DNA of 64,000 nucleotides from an uncultured Prevotellaceae bacterium (GTDB taxonomy: Bacteria > Bacteroidota > Bacteroidia > Bacteroidales > Bacteroidaceae): assembly GCA_902788605.1 (NCBI GenBank), contig CADAKX010000004.1, positions 23,848 to 87,847 on the forward strand, given 5' to 3'. The notes under the pieces are model-generated. The model was not told where the DNA came from, did not search any database, and saw only the letters and a program-made list of their open reading frames with translations. A program made the translations under genes and the position numbers. Each line of letters begins with the position of its first letter. Position 1 is the first letter of the stretch. Positions 27,513 through 37,090 of the stretch are shown one piece after another.

Positions 27513-28823
27513 ATGAAAAGGGTATTTGTGATTTTTTGTGCGTTGGGAATAGCGCTGGCTATCTGCGCTCAGAAACCCCAGCAGGACATTAAGAAAAACC
27601 TAAGACTTTCGGGTGGGTCGTTTCTGGCCTATCCTGGACCGAAGCAGCATAAGCTGACATCGGCACCAGGCAACAAAAAGCCCTTCTATATCAGTCATTT
27701 CGGTCGTCATGGCTCACGCTATCCCACAAAGACTGAAGACTTTACCTTTGTGATAGAGACTCTGCAGAAGAGTGAGGAAGCGCATGCTCTGACTCCATTG
27801 GGTAGCGAGGTATTGCAGCGTGTTATCATGATGGAACAAGAAGCTCACAATCGTCCGGGTGAGTTGACTTTACTAGGTGCTCAGCAACAACAGGAGATTG
27901 CCGAGCGTATGGTGCAACGCTTTCCTGCCGTATTTGATGGAAACGTGACTATCGAAGCCAAGAGCACCACATCGGTTAGAGCTATTCTGTCTATGTCAAA
28001 CGCCTTGCTGAAGTTGCAGGCGCTGAATCCCAAACTGAAAATCAGGGTGGATGCCAGTCAGGCTGATATGGGTTATCTGCGTCATAACGATAAACTGTTG
28101 ACCACCCAGTCGCTGGATGAGAAGAATGTAGCATTGTATAATGCATTTGTTGATGCACATTCGCCTTGGGAGCGGGTCATAGGTCAACTCTATTCTGATA
28201 CGGCTTATCTGAACCACAACGTAGAAGGTAAGAAATTGAATAGTTATCTGTTTCGTTTGGCTTCTGTTGTGCAAGATATGGACTTGAGAAAAAAAGTGAC
28301 GCTATATGATTTGTATACTGATGCTGAACTCTATGAGAACTGGCGTAAGGACAATGTATTCTGGTATTTAGGTTTTGGCTTTGCACCGACCAATGGCGGA
28401 AAAATGCCCTTTGGACAGCGTTTTCTGCTGAGGAACATTATTGAGAAGGCGGATAGTTGCTTGAAGTTGGATCGTCCTGGAGTCACCTTGCGTTATGGGC
28501 ATGATACGGCCCTGTTGCCATTGGTCTGCTTGTTGGGAATCAATGATTTTGACTTGTCGACAGACGACCTTGATCAAGTGGAACGACGTGGCTGGGCTGA
28601 CTATAAGATAATTCCTATGGCAGGCAATCTGCAGTTCATATTCTATCGGAACGGCATTCACGACAAGGATATCTTGGTAAAGGTGCTTCTCAACGAAAAC
28701 GAGGCCACGTTGCCTCTGAAGACAGACGTAGCCCCGTATTATCATTGGGAGGATTTCCGCGATTACTACTTGCAGCGCATCACAGCTTATGATGAGGAGC
28801 GCGCTCACGAAGAGCAGGAATAA
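27513..28823 (+). CDS. Secreted histidine acid phosphatase (branch 2; MINPP/phytase-like)
   Basis: 436 aa with a signal peptide, the RHGxRxP motif (HFGRHGSRYP) and a downstream HD motif (RYGHDTALL). Confidence 0.8.
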   Translation: MKRVFVIFCALGIALAICAQKPQQDIKKNLRLSGGSFLAYPGPKQHKLTSAPGNKKPFYISHFGRHGSRYPTKTEDFTFVIETLQKSEEAHALTPLGSEVLQRVIMMEQEAHNRPGELTLLGAQQQQEIAERMVQRFPAVFDGNVTIEAKSTTSVRAILSMSNALLKLQALNPKLKIRVDASQADMGYLRHNDKLLTTQSLDEKNVALYNAFVDAHSPWERVIGQLYSDTAYLNHNVEGKKLNSYLFRLASVVQDMDLRKKVTLYDLYTDAELYENWRKDNVFWYLGFGFAPTNGGKMPFGQRFLLRNIIEKADSCLKLDRPGVTLRYGHDTALLPLVCLLGINDFDLSTDDLDQVERRGWADYKIIPMAGNLQFIFYRNGIHDKDILVKVLLNENEATLPLKTDVAPYYHWEDFRDYYLQRITAYDEERAHEEQE

Positions 28824-28849
28824 CACTCCCTTTCCCTTTTATTCTTTCT

Positions 28850-29269
28850 TTAGCCCTTTGCTTGGAAGGCTAAGGCATACATGCGCATCTGCTTGACCAT
28901 GGCTAGCAGACCGTTGCTGCGAGTAGGTGATAGATGTTCCTTCAAACCTATTTCGTCGATGAAATAAAGGTCGGCATCGAGGATTTCCTGTGGTGTTGCG
29001 TCATTGAGTACACGGATAAGCAGTGTGACGATGCCTTTGACGATGAGAGCATCGCTCTCAGCACTGAAACGAATCTTTCCATCAACATAGTCTGCCTGAA
29101 GCCATACACGACTCTGACAGCCGTCAATAAGGTTCTGCTCAGTCTTGTATTTTTCGTCAAGTGGAGCCTGTTCGTTGCCAAGGTCAATGAGTAACTGGTA
29201 TTTGTCCATCCAGTCGTCAAAGCCAGAAAATTCGTCAATAATCTCGTCTTGTCTTTCGTTTATTGTCAT
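28850..29269 (-). CDS. SufE-family sulfur acceptor protein
   Basis: 139 aa with the DGCQSRVWL active-site cysteine motif. Confidence 0.85.
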   Translation of the reverse strand: MTINERQDEIIDEFSGFDDWMDKYQLLIDLGNEQAPLDEKYKTEQNLIDGCQSRVWLQADYVDGKIRFSAESDALIVKGIVTLLIRVLNDATPQEILDADLYFIDEIGLKEHLSPTRSNGLLAMVKQMRMYALAFQAKG

Positions 29270-29281
29270 ATCTTTAATTTG

Positions 29282-31273
29282 TTATTTATTCCGTTTAATT
29301 GCCAGCATGGTCAGGTCATCACTTTGTTCAGCTTCACCCACAAAGGCGTGTACAGCCATTGTCATCTGATGAACCATCTCCTCACTGTTTAGCGCTTCAC
29401 CAGCAATGCATTGGCGAAGTACATCCTGCGCATTGTCTTCGCCAAATTGTAGGTGTTCAATATTCTCAGCCTCCGTAAGTCCGTCTGTATAAAGGAAAAT
29501 AGTAGTGTCTGGCGCCATGTTGATTTGTTGCGACACGAATTCCCACCCAGCCATCACGCCTAAAGGCAAGTTGCTCTCCACAGGCAACAGGCTGACGTTG
29601 TCGGTGAGTACAAAGGGTGCATTATGTCCGGCATTACAGTAACGCAGTTCATGGGTTTCAAGATTTAGAACACCTACGAAGAACGTCACGAACATATTAC
29701 GTTCGTTGCCTTCTGAAAGAGCATCATTGATGGCTACTGTGATGCGTCCTGGGTCTGCTACGTGAGCTGTGACATTGCGGAACAGTGAGCGTGTGACAGC
29801 CATAACCAGGGAGGCTGGAACGCCTTTGCCGCTGACATCACCGATACAGAAGAAGAACTGGTTGTCGCGGATGAAGAAGTCGAATAGATCACCACCCACG
29901 GCTTTGGCTGGTACCAGCGATCCGAAAATGTCCAAATCATCACGCTCTGGATAGGGTGGGAACTTCTTGGGTAACATAGCCATCTGGATGTCGTGGGCAA
30001 TCCTCAGCTCGTTCTCTATAGCAGCCTTCGAGGCAGTGGTGTCCTTAAGTTCCTCGATATAACGTGTCAATGACGTCTGCATATTCTCAAACGAGTCGCG
30101 TAATTGGTGAATCTCGTCGTGTTTATGCAACTTCGGCAGACAGGCATTGAAGTTTCCCTTTGCCACCTCATCAGCAGAAACGGCTAGCTTTCTCAGCGGC
30201 TTTGTTGTGCGTTTGACCAGATACCAGCAGATGATATACATTACGATGAGGGTAATGACAATAAAGAATAACTGGAAGATAACCATGACTATGCCTGGCA
30301 GCTGAAGAGCATACCATGGTACCACAGTTATCACAATCCAACTGGTATGCTTGACAGGCATAAAGAAGAGAATGCATTCCTGGTCGTCGACGAAGACCCT
30401 CATCGCAGATTCGTTGTCACTTATCTTTCCTTGAACGATGTCTTGGCATAGTGTTTTGAATCTTATGCTGTCTGTCTCTTCACAAGGCTTTACGTCGTCG
30501 AAGAAGTTGTGCGTTAAGATGCGCTTCTCGTCCGGGTGGCAGATATATGTACCTTTTCGGTCAATGATAAATGTGTGAGAGAAGGCGTCGCGCTCATCTC
30601 CAGAAAATTGCGAGGCGTTATTGACAGAGTCCACTTGATGGAGCTTGGTGGTAAGCCAGTCGAGTGAGACATCTGCTCCCAGGATGGCCACGGTGCGCCC
30701 TTTCTTATTATGAACAGGGACGAGATAGGCCACCAATGGTGTCTTGGAATCATAGCCGTCAAAGAAGGGGTCACACCAGTAGGCCGTATCGGCTTTTATG
30801 GCTTGGAGGAACCAATCGTTATGGAGATAGTCATATTCGCCAGCCCCCATGTTGTTAGACTGCACCTCCTTTATTCCATCACCATCCATGTCTTCTTTCC
30901 ATGCGTAAGGGCAGAACCAACGGCCGTATTGAGGATAGTAGCTATCAATAAAGCTGATACCACAACTGCGGATGCGATTATTGGTAGATACTATCTGCTC
31001 CATGGTGGCCTGCAGTTGCTCAGGATGGTCGATTTGACTTTCTATCAAAGCAAGATTGTTGGTCACAGCAACATAAATATCACTTTGCACACGGCGTGTA
31101 TACTCCGTGGTGCTGCGCATGCTGTTATGATAGCTGAAAGAATAGAAATATTCCAAGGCAAGCATGGTGAAGAAACACATGCAAAAGGACGTTAGTCCCA
31201 TCAGGACAAAGAGCCAGATGACTATTCGTCGAGTGAGACTGCGTGCTATGGAACGGCGTTTTTCTTTCTTCAT
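29282..31273 (-). CDS. Membrane sensor PP2C/SpoIIE-family serine phosphatase (extracytoplasmic sensor domain - TM - HAMP - PP2C)
   Basis: 663 aa with two TM segments flanking a ~270-aa outside domain. HAMP-like KPLRKLAVSADEVAKGNF. PP2C motifs GDVSGKGVPASLVMA and DGLTEA. Confidence 0.85.
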   Translation of the reverse strand: MKKEKRRSIARSLTRRIVIWLFVLMGLTSFCMCFFTMLALEYFYSFSYHNSMRSTTEYTRRVQSDIYVAVTNNLALIESQIDHPEQLQATMEQIVSTNNRIRSCGISFIDSYYPQYGRWFCPYAWKEDMDGDGIKEVQSNNMGAGEYDYLHNDWFLQAIKADTAYWCDPFFDGYDSKTPLVAYLVPVHNKKGRTVAILGADVSLDWLTTKLHQVDSVNNASQFSGDERDAFSHTFIIDRKGTYICHPDEKRILTHNFFDDVKPCEETDSIRFKTLCQDIVQGKISDNESAMRVFVDDQECILFFMPVKHTSWIVITVVPWYALQLPGIVMVIFQLFFIVITLIVMYIICWYLVKRTTKPLRKLAVSADEVAKGNFNACLPKLHKHDEIHQLRDSFENMQTSLTRYIEELKDTTASKAAIENELRIAHDIQMAMLPKKFPPYPERDDLDIFGSLVPAKAVGGDLFDFFIRDNQFFFCIGDVSGKGVPASLVMAVTRSLFRNVTAHVADPGRITVAINDALSEGNERNMFVTFFVGVLNLETHELRYCNAGHNAPFVLTDNVSLLPVESNLPLGVMAGWEFVSQQINMAPDTTIFLYTDGLTEAENIEHLQFGEDNAQDVLRQCIAGEALNSEEMVHQMTMAVHAFVGEAEQSDDLTMLAIKRNK

Positions 31274-31292
31274 AATCCTCCCTTCTTTGCTT

Positions 31293-32534
31293 TTATTCCG
31301 CAGTTTCTATCTTAAATAACTTGTCGCTGGGACGTACCTTTTCGGGTACCTTGATGCTGACACGTGTTCCCTGCTGGGCTGTCTGCACAGTGCTGGTATC
31401 GTCGTGAATCTCGTCGACGGTGACATAGAGCGCACCCGTTGTGGGACCAGTGATGAGCATCTTGTCGCCCACGCTGAAGGTGCCTGCCTCAACAGCAAAT
31501 TCTGCTACGCCAAGCTTTGAGAAGTATTTCACTCCTTTACCAATATATTTCTTGCGCTCCGTAGCATTAGAACCATAGTTTGAGTTCCATTCGCCCAAGG
31601 TCTGTCCCTGATAATATCCGTCCCAGAAGCCACGGTTAAACACCGTTGCCAGGCGCTTGTCCCAGGCATCTTTCTTCTCCTCTGTAAAGGTACCGTCAAG
31701 TACACTCTGGATGGCTTCCTTATAGCATTGCACCACGGTGAGCACATATTCAGGACCACGGGCACGCCCTTCAATCTTAAAGACACGTACACCACTGTTC
31801 ATCATCTTGTCGATAAAGCGGACGGTCTTCAGGTCCTTGGGACTCATAATATACTTGTTGTCAATCTCAAGTTCTGTTCCGGTCTCACGATCAGTCACGA
31901 GGTAACTTCTGCGACAAATCTGCATGCAGGCACCACGATTGGCCGAGCGTCCAGTGTTATCAAGACTCATATAGCATTTGCCACTGACGGCCATGCAAAG
32001 GGCGCCATGACAGAACATCTCAATACGAACAGGCTCACCACTGGGACCACAGATGTGCTGTTCCTCAATCTGACGATAGATATCGGCCACCTGGTCCATA
32101 CGCAGTTCACGAGCCAGCACCACCACATCTGCAAACTGGGCATAGAACTTCAGAGCCTCGGCATTCGAGATGTTTAATTGGGTGGAGAGGTGTACTTCCA
32201 TGCCCACCTTACGACAATAGGTCATAACAGCAATGTCGCAAGCAATGACAGCCGAAATCTTTGCTTCTACAGCGGCATCCACAATCTGGTGCATGGTCTC
32301 GATGTCCTCACCATAGATAATGGTATTGACGGTGAGATAGGTCTTCACGCCTGCAGCGTTGCACTGAGCGGCAATATCACGCAGGTCGTCAATTGTAAAG
32401 TGATTGGCAGAATGGGAGCGCATGTTCAACTGCTCCACACCAAAATACACGGAGTCAGCTCCCGCCTTCAGTGCAGCAGCCAGGGAGTCGCGGCTACCCA
32501 CAGGGGCCATAATTTCAAAATCATTCAGTTTCAT
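31293..32534 (-). CDS. Peptidase U32 family protein
   Basis: 413 aa. N-terminal EIMAPVGSRDSLAAALKAGADSVYFG and an overall U32 pattern. Confidence 0.85.
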   Translation of the reverse strand: MKLNDFEIMAPVGSRDSLAAALKAGADSVYFGVEQLNMRSHSANHFTIDDLRDIAAQCNAAGVKTYLTVNTIIYGEDIETMHQIVDAAVEAKISAVIACDIAVMTYCRKVGMEVHLSTQLNISNAEALKFYAQFADVVVLARELRMDQVADIYRQIEEQHICGPSGEPVRIEMFCHGALCMAVSGKCYMSLDNTGRSANRGACMQICRRSYLVTDRETGTELEIDNKYIMSPKDLKTVRFIDKMMNSGVRVFKIEGRARGPEYVLTVVQCYKEAIQSVLDGTFTEEKKDAWDKRLATVFNRGFWDGYYQGQTLGEWNSNYGSNATERKKYIGKGVKYFSKLGVAEFAVEAGTFSVGDKMLITGPTTGALYVTVDEIHDDTSTVQTAQQGTRVSIKVPEKVRPSDKLFKIETAE

Positions 32535-32538
32535 GGGT

Positions 32539-32567
32539 GCAAAGTTACGATTTTTTTTTGTACCTTT
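32539..32567. promoter_or_regulatory. Second back-to-back pair of -7 boxes (minus TAACTTTG, plus TACCTTTG) separated by a T-run
   Basis: gcaaagttac...ttttttttgtacctttgc. The minus-strand box ends only 5 nt before the U32 ATG (32534). Confidence 0.5.
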
Positions 32568-32591
32568 GCCATTCTACTGCTGTTTTTTGCT

Positions 32592-32599
32592 TATCTTTG
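32592..32599 (+). promoter_or_regulatory. -7 promoter box (TATCTTTG) for the C1 peptidase gene
   Basis: TAnnTTTG match 23 nt upstream of the ATG at 32622. Confidence 0.55.
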
Positions 32600-32621
32600 C
32601 ACCCGAAAACGAAGAAGTGCA

Positions 32622-33464
32622 ATGAAAAAACTATTGTTTTTTACATTGATAATGAGCCTTTTAGGCAGTTGTGTTCGTCAGCCGAAGGGGGTTGTCGACG
32701 ATGTGTTGTTGGCCTATACGCCAGTGAAGGATCAAGACACGTCTCAGGTGTGTTGGGCCTATGCTATGTTGTCAACGATCGAGACTGAGCATATCATGAG
32801 GGGCGATTCTGTGCATCTCTCTGTGGCATTTGTGGAGCGGATTATGGATGAGGTTCCCGGTGTTCCACCCTCTAAGCGAGGAATGGGTATCACCGCAATA
32901 AATGTCATACAAAAGTTTGGCGTGGTGCCTTATAACTCGATGCGAACAGTAGAGATTCCTAAGCCTCGCATGGCGTTTATGTATGGCGCTACATACACTT
33001 TGCAGGAGTTTGCGCGAAGTGTGTGCGCGCCAGATGAGTATATCGGTTTAATGAGTGATGATAATCAGCCTTACGATGAAATGGTGGTACCACAATGGAA
33101 GGACAATTGGGAAAAGAATGCCCTGTTGAATCTGCCTATGGATTCTCTCTTGAATATCACCGAACGAGCCATTCGTTCTGGACATGGCGTGTGCTGGGAG
33201 GGCGATGTCAGCGAACCTGGCTTTAATTGGAAAGAAGGCTATGCGGTGACATCATTATGGAATGGTAGAACCACCGATGACCATTGCATGGCTATTGTTG
33301 GTCTGGCTCACGATGTAGATGGTGAGAAATACTTTATCATGAAGAACTCATGGGGTACAAAAAATCCGTATGGAGGACTGATGTACCTCTCATACGGATA
33401 TTTTATGAAGAAGACGGTGGCAGTCTTTCTTAATCGACAACTTATTTATTCAGTTTCCAGGTAA
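32622..33464 (+). CDS. Papain-like (C1 family) cysteine peptidase lipoprotein
   Basis: The track ORF starts at 32178, but those first 148 codons lie antisense to the U32 gene. The in-frame ATG at 32622 gives [17 protein letters not shown] with a lipobox. Catalytic QVCWAYA (Cys), DDHCMAIVG (His) and KNSWG. Confidence 0.8.
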   Translation: MKKLLFFTLIMSLLGSCVRQPKGVVDDVLLAYTPVKDQDTSQVCWAYAMLSTIETEHIMRGDSVHLSVAFVERIMDEVPGVPPSKRGMGITAINVIQKFGVVPYNSMRTVEIPKPRMAFMYGATYTLQEFARSVCAPDEYIGLMSDDNQPYDEMVVPQWKDNWEKNALLNLPMDSLLNITERAIRSGHGVCWEGDVSEPGFNWKEGYAVTSLWNGRTTDDHCMAIVGLAHDVDGEKYFIMKNSWGTKNPYGGLMYLSYGYFMKKTVAVFLNRQLIYSVSR

Positions 33465-34935
33465 CACCGTCTTTGGTATCTTTTACCTCAAAGCCTGCTG
33501 CAGCCAGTTCATCGCGAATTTTGTCGCTGGTAGCCCAGTCCTTGTCAGCCTTAGCCTTGGCACGGAGTTCAAGCACCATATCTACCACCTTTCCGAAAGC
33601 TTCCTCGCGACTGTCATTAGAACCGCTCTTCTCTTCCTTCAAACCCAGGATGTCGAAAGCAAAGAGACGCATCGTTTCAGAGAGTTCCTTCAGGCAATCT
33701 GCACAGATAGTGGCCTTGTGGTCAATCAACTTATTGACCACGGTACAAGCCTCGAAGAGGTAGCTCAGTACAAGCGGTGTAGCCAGATCATCGTTCATGG
33801 CGTCGTAGCACTTCTGGCGCAGGGCCTTGACAACTTTCTCTGTCTCGGCATCACACTTGTCGGCAACCTGTACGCGCTCTAAATCAGCAATAGCATTCAT
33901 CAACTTCTCATAGCCCTTCTCTGCAGCTTGCAAGGCCTCGTTAGAGAAGTCTACAGTGCCACGATAGTGGGCGCTCAGCACGAAGAAGCGGATGGTCATG
34001 GGCGAGTAGGGCTTCTCGAGCAATTCATGCTTGCCAGTGAAGAACTGTTCCAAAGTGATGAAGTTGTTGTATGACTTACCCATCTTCTGACCGTTAATGG
34101 TCAGCATGTTGTTGTGCATCCAATACTTCACAGCGGGATGGCCCATAGAAGCCTGAGCCTGTGCAATCTCACACTCGTGGTGTGGGAAGATTAGGTCCAT
34201 GCCACCTCCATGGATATCAAACTCCTCACCCAGATATTTGCGTCCCATGGCAGTGCACTCACAGTGCCAGCCGGGGAAACCGTCACTCCAGGGTGATGGC
34301 CAGCGCATGATGTGCTCGGGCTGCGCTTTCTTCCACAGGGCAAAGTCGGCTTGGTTATGCTTCTCGCCAACGCCATCGAGGTTCTCGCGCGAGGCGTCCT
34401 TGATGTTCTCCAGTGAACGTCCACTGAGAATGCCATACTGGAACTTCTTATTGTAAGCCTCGATATCGAAGTAGATAGAGCCATTGCTCTCGTAGGCAAA
34501 ACCATTGTCAAGAATCTGCTGTACCAACTGCTGCTGCTCAATAATATGACCTGTGGCGTGAGGCTCGATAGAGGGACGAAGCACATTCAGGGCATCCATA
34601 TACTGGTGATAGCGGTTAGTGTAGTACTGTGCTATCTCCATGGGCTCCAACTGCTCCAGACGAGCCTTCTTTGCTATCTTATCCTCGCCCTCGTCGGCAT
34701 CATGCTCCAGGTGACCTACGTCTGTGATATTGCGTACATAGCGCACCTTATAACCTAAGTGCTTCAGATAACGGAACACCAAGTCAAAGGTGATGGCAGG
34801 ACGGGCGTGACCCAGATGGGGATCCCCATAAACAGTGGGACCGCATACATACATGCCCACATTGGGTGCATGCAGGGGCTCAAAGCGCTCTTTTTGGCGC
34901 GTCAGAGTATTGTAAATAACCAATTTTGATTCCAT
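33442..34935 (-). CDS. cysS: Cysteine--tRNA ligase
   Basis: 497 aa with HIGH-type HLGHARP and KMSKS-type KMGKS motifs. Confidence 0.95.
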   Translation of the reverse strand: MESKLVIYNTLTRQKERFEPLHAPNVGMYVCGPTVYGDPHLGHARPAITFDLVFRYLKHLGYKVRYVRNITDVGHLEHDADEGEDKIAKKARLEQLEPMEIAQYYTNRYHQYMDALNVLRPSIEPHATGHIIEQQQLVQQILDNGFAYESNGSIYFDIEAYNKKFQYGILSGRSLENIKDASRENLDGVGEKHNQADFALWKKAQPEHIMRWPSPWSDGFPGWHCECTAMGRKYLGEEFDIHGGGMDLIFPHHECEIAQAQASMGHPAVKYWMHNNMLTINGQKMGKSYNNFITLEQFFTGKHELLEKPYSPMTIRFFVLSAHYRGTVDFSNEALQAAEKGYEKLMNAIADLERVQVADKCDAETEKVVKALRQKCYDAMNDDLATPLVLSYLFEACTVVNKLIDHKATICADCLKELSETMRLFAFDILGLKEEKSGSNDSREEAFGKVVDMVLELRAKAKADKDWATSDKIRDELAAAGFEVKDTKDGVTWKLNK

Positions 34936-35198
34936 AATGCTTTCTCCTTATTATATAATGGGTGCAAAGGTACGAAAAAAATCTCTCTCGCCTGCTATTG
35001 GAATTCGAAATTTTCGATTAAAGCGTACTTTTTTTATTTGTTTGGACTGCAAAAAGTACATAATTCACCTTATATCAGACAATTTTAGCGAAAAAACGAA
35101 AAAAAAAAGTCTATCTCTTGGCTGTTTGATAAAAAAAGTTTAAATTTGCAAAATATCTAACTAAACGTTAATAAAATCAATAATTAAAACTAAATATT

Positions 35199-37031
35199 AT
35201 GAATATGGAAAGAACAAAATTCCAGATTAAAATGCTATCATGCTGCTTCTTTGCAGGTGGCTTGCTGTTGGCAGGATGCTCTACCGACGATAGCATTGAT
35301 GTTGGCGAAGTGGACACCACGATTGGTGTAAACCTGAATGATTTTACCATTCCCCTAGGCAAGAGTGAAGATATCACTATCGACGATTTGCTTAAACTGA
35401 AAGATGATGACTGCATTCAGTTTATTAAGTCTGATGGCGCAGGCAACTATATCATGGTAAATAATCAGAGAGTAGCCATCAATACAGGTAATGTGGGCGA
35501 CTATCTCTTCTATAAGAAGGGTGATGACGTAGAACCAGGCAAGCCTCATGTTGATGCCATTGATATTACCGGTAGTGCTGATAATAACATCAATCCTAAA
35601 ATTGGTCCGAATGTTACTCCTGCAGGATTGGAGTATCTGAATATTGGTGATGAGATTCCTGGCACATCAGGTGCTATCAAGGTACGACTGAATGCCTTTG
35701 ATTATAATGCAGACAAACCTGATGATGTTGTAAGTTTAGAGACGGCTGGTGTTGACGGACAGATGACGCTGAAACTTTCGTTCAACACCAATATGCAGGG
35801 CTTCCTTAAGAAATTTGATACGTTTGATATCGAGTTCCCTGATTATATGACGCCTCAGAGCGCAACTTTCGGAACATTGGAGGGCAACATTCTTAAATTG
35901 GGAACACTCAACACCAATAGAAGCTATGTAACTACTGTTGTTGTGAAGCAGTTGAAGTTCGAAACAATTGACGCTCAGAACAAACTGGCTATCGAAGATG
36001 GCAAGATAAAAATGCTTGGCGATGTTAATGTAAGTGTTTCTTATGGTAATCTGGTCAAAGGAAGTGGCGATATTACTGATATGCATATCAATAGTACTGT
36101 CGACATTGGTACCGTGAAACTGACTAGTGCTACAGGTAAGTTTGACCCTGCAATCGACATTAAAGACAGTGAATTTAAGATTGACGATGTTCCTGATTTT
36201 ATGGATGATCCCGAGGTAAATATTTTACTTGACGACCCACAGCTCACATTGCTAGTTAACAGCGATGTGGATTTGGATGCCACTATTGATGGTACGCTCA
36301 CTGCTTATTTTAGTGACAATACTCAGACGGAGGTCAAAGTCAATAATATTGTGATTCCCCGTAACAAGAATTCTAAGATTTTAATCTGTCGCCAACCAAA
36401 GGCTGAGCCCTATCAGGATTATACACAGGTCGTTCCTGTTAGCAACCTCTCAGATTTGATTAGAAGAATTCCTGATAAGATATTGTTCCATGCAGATGCT
36501 CAAGTGGACAAGAACGCTTCTGGTACTATTCAGTTGGGTCGTGACTATCATATCTCTACCGCCTATGACTTCAAGGCTCCTCTGGCTTTGCAGAATAATT
36601 CAGTCATAGTCTATGACGATAAGACGGATGGCTTCAATAAGGATATTGTTGACAATGACATTGACTTCTATGGTGAAACCAAACTGGTTCTCACGGGTGA
36701 GATTCTTAACAATACCCCGTTGAAACTTGACCTTGTTCCTATGGCAATTGATGTGAATGGCAATGTATTGACTACTATTCAGGCTGTTTCCGACAATGTC
36801 ATTGAGTCAAGCTTGACCGACAATACTCCAAAGAAACTGAGTATTACACTGACGAAGCCGGCAAATATTGATTTGAAGGATGTTAAGTTCGATGGTATTA
36901 AGTACAAGGCAAAGGCAACCTCAGTTAATGCTGCTACCCTCAATAAGGACAATCACAAGATTAAGATTGACAACTTGAAGATAAGCATTAGTGGTAAGGC
37001 CTCTTTTGACCCTGACAGCAAGAAAGACTAA
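35199..37031 (+). CDS. Large acidic lipoprotein of unknown function, probably surface-exposed
   Basis: 610 aa with lipobox LLLAGCSTDDSID; acidic residues right after the Cys resemble the Bacteroidota lipoprotein export signal. The sequence is beta-rich and Asp/Asn/Thr-rich, with no catalytic motif recognised. Confidence 0.6.
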   Translation: MNMERTKFQIKMLSCCFFAGGLLLAGCSTDDSIDVGEVDTTIGVNLNDFTIPLGKSEDITIDDLLKLKDDDCIQFIKSDGAGNYIMVNNQRVAINTGNVGDYLFYKKGDDVEPGKPHVDAIDITGSADNNINPKIGPNVTPAGLEYLNIGDEIPGTSGAIKVRLNAFDYNADKPDDVVSLETAGVDGQMTLKLSFNTNMQGFLKKFDTFDIEFPDYMTPQSATFGTLEGNILKLGTLNTNRSYVTTVVVKQLKFETIDAQNKLAIEDGKIKMLGDVNVSVSYGNLVKGSGDITDMHINSTVDIGTVKLTSATGKFDPAIDIKDSEFKIDDVPDFMDDPEVNILLDDPQLTLLVNSDVDLDATIDGTLTAYFSDNTQTEVKVNNIVIPRNKNSKILICRQPKAEPYQDYTQVVPVSNLSDLIRRIPDKILFHADAQVDKNASGTIQLGRDYHISTAYDFKAPLALQNNSVIVYDDKTDGFNKDIVDNDIDFYGETKLVLTGEILNNTPLKLDLVPMAIDVNGNVLTTIQAVSDNVIESSLTDNTPKKLSITLTKPANIDLKDVKFDGIKYKAKATSVNAATLNKDNHKIKIDNLKISISGKASFDPDSKKD

Positions 37032-37090
37032 TTGTCATTCTTAATGAGTGAAAGCAAAAAGTTATAATACACCATTATATTATATTGAAT

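Noticed and set aside
32178-32621. 148-codon N-terminal extension of the C1 peptidase ORF
   Set aside because: The extension lies antisense to the U32 gene and precedes two plus-strand -7 boxes. The internal ATG at 32622 yields a proper lipoprotein signal peptide, so it was taken as the start.
34936-35198. Possible small RNA or small ORF in the 263-bp AT-rich gap
   Set aside because: Only weak 9-bp hairpins and poly-A/T runs are visible, with no convincing structure or coding potential. It is treated as promoter/UP region for the divergent cysS and lipoprotein genes.
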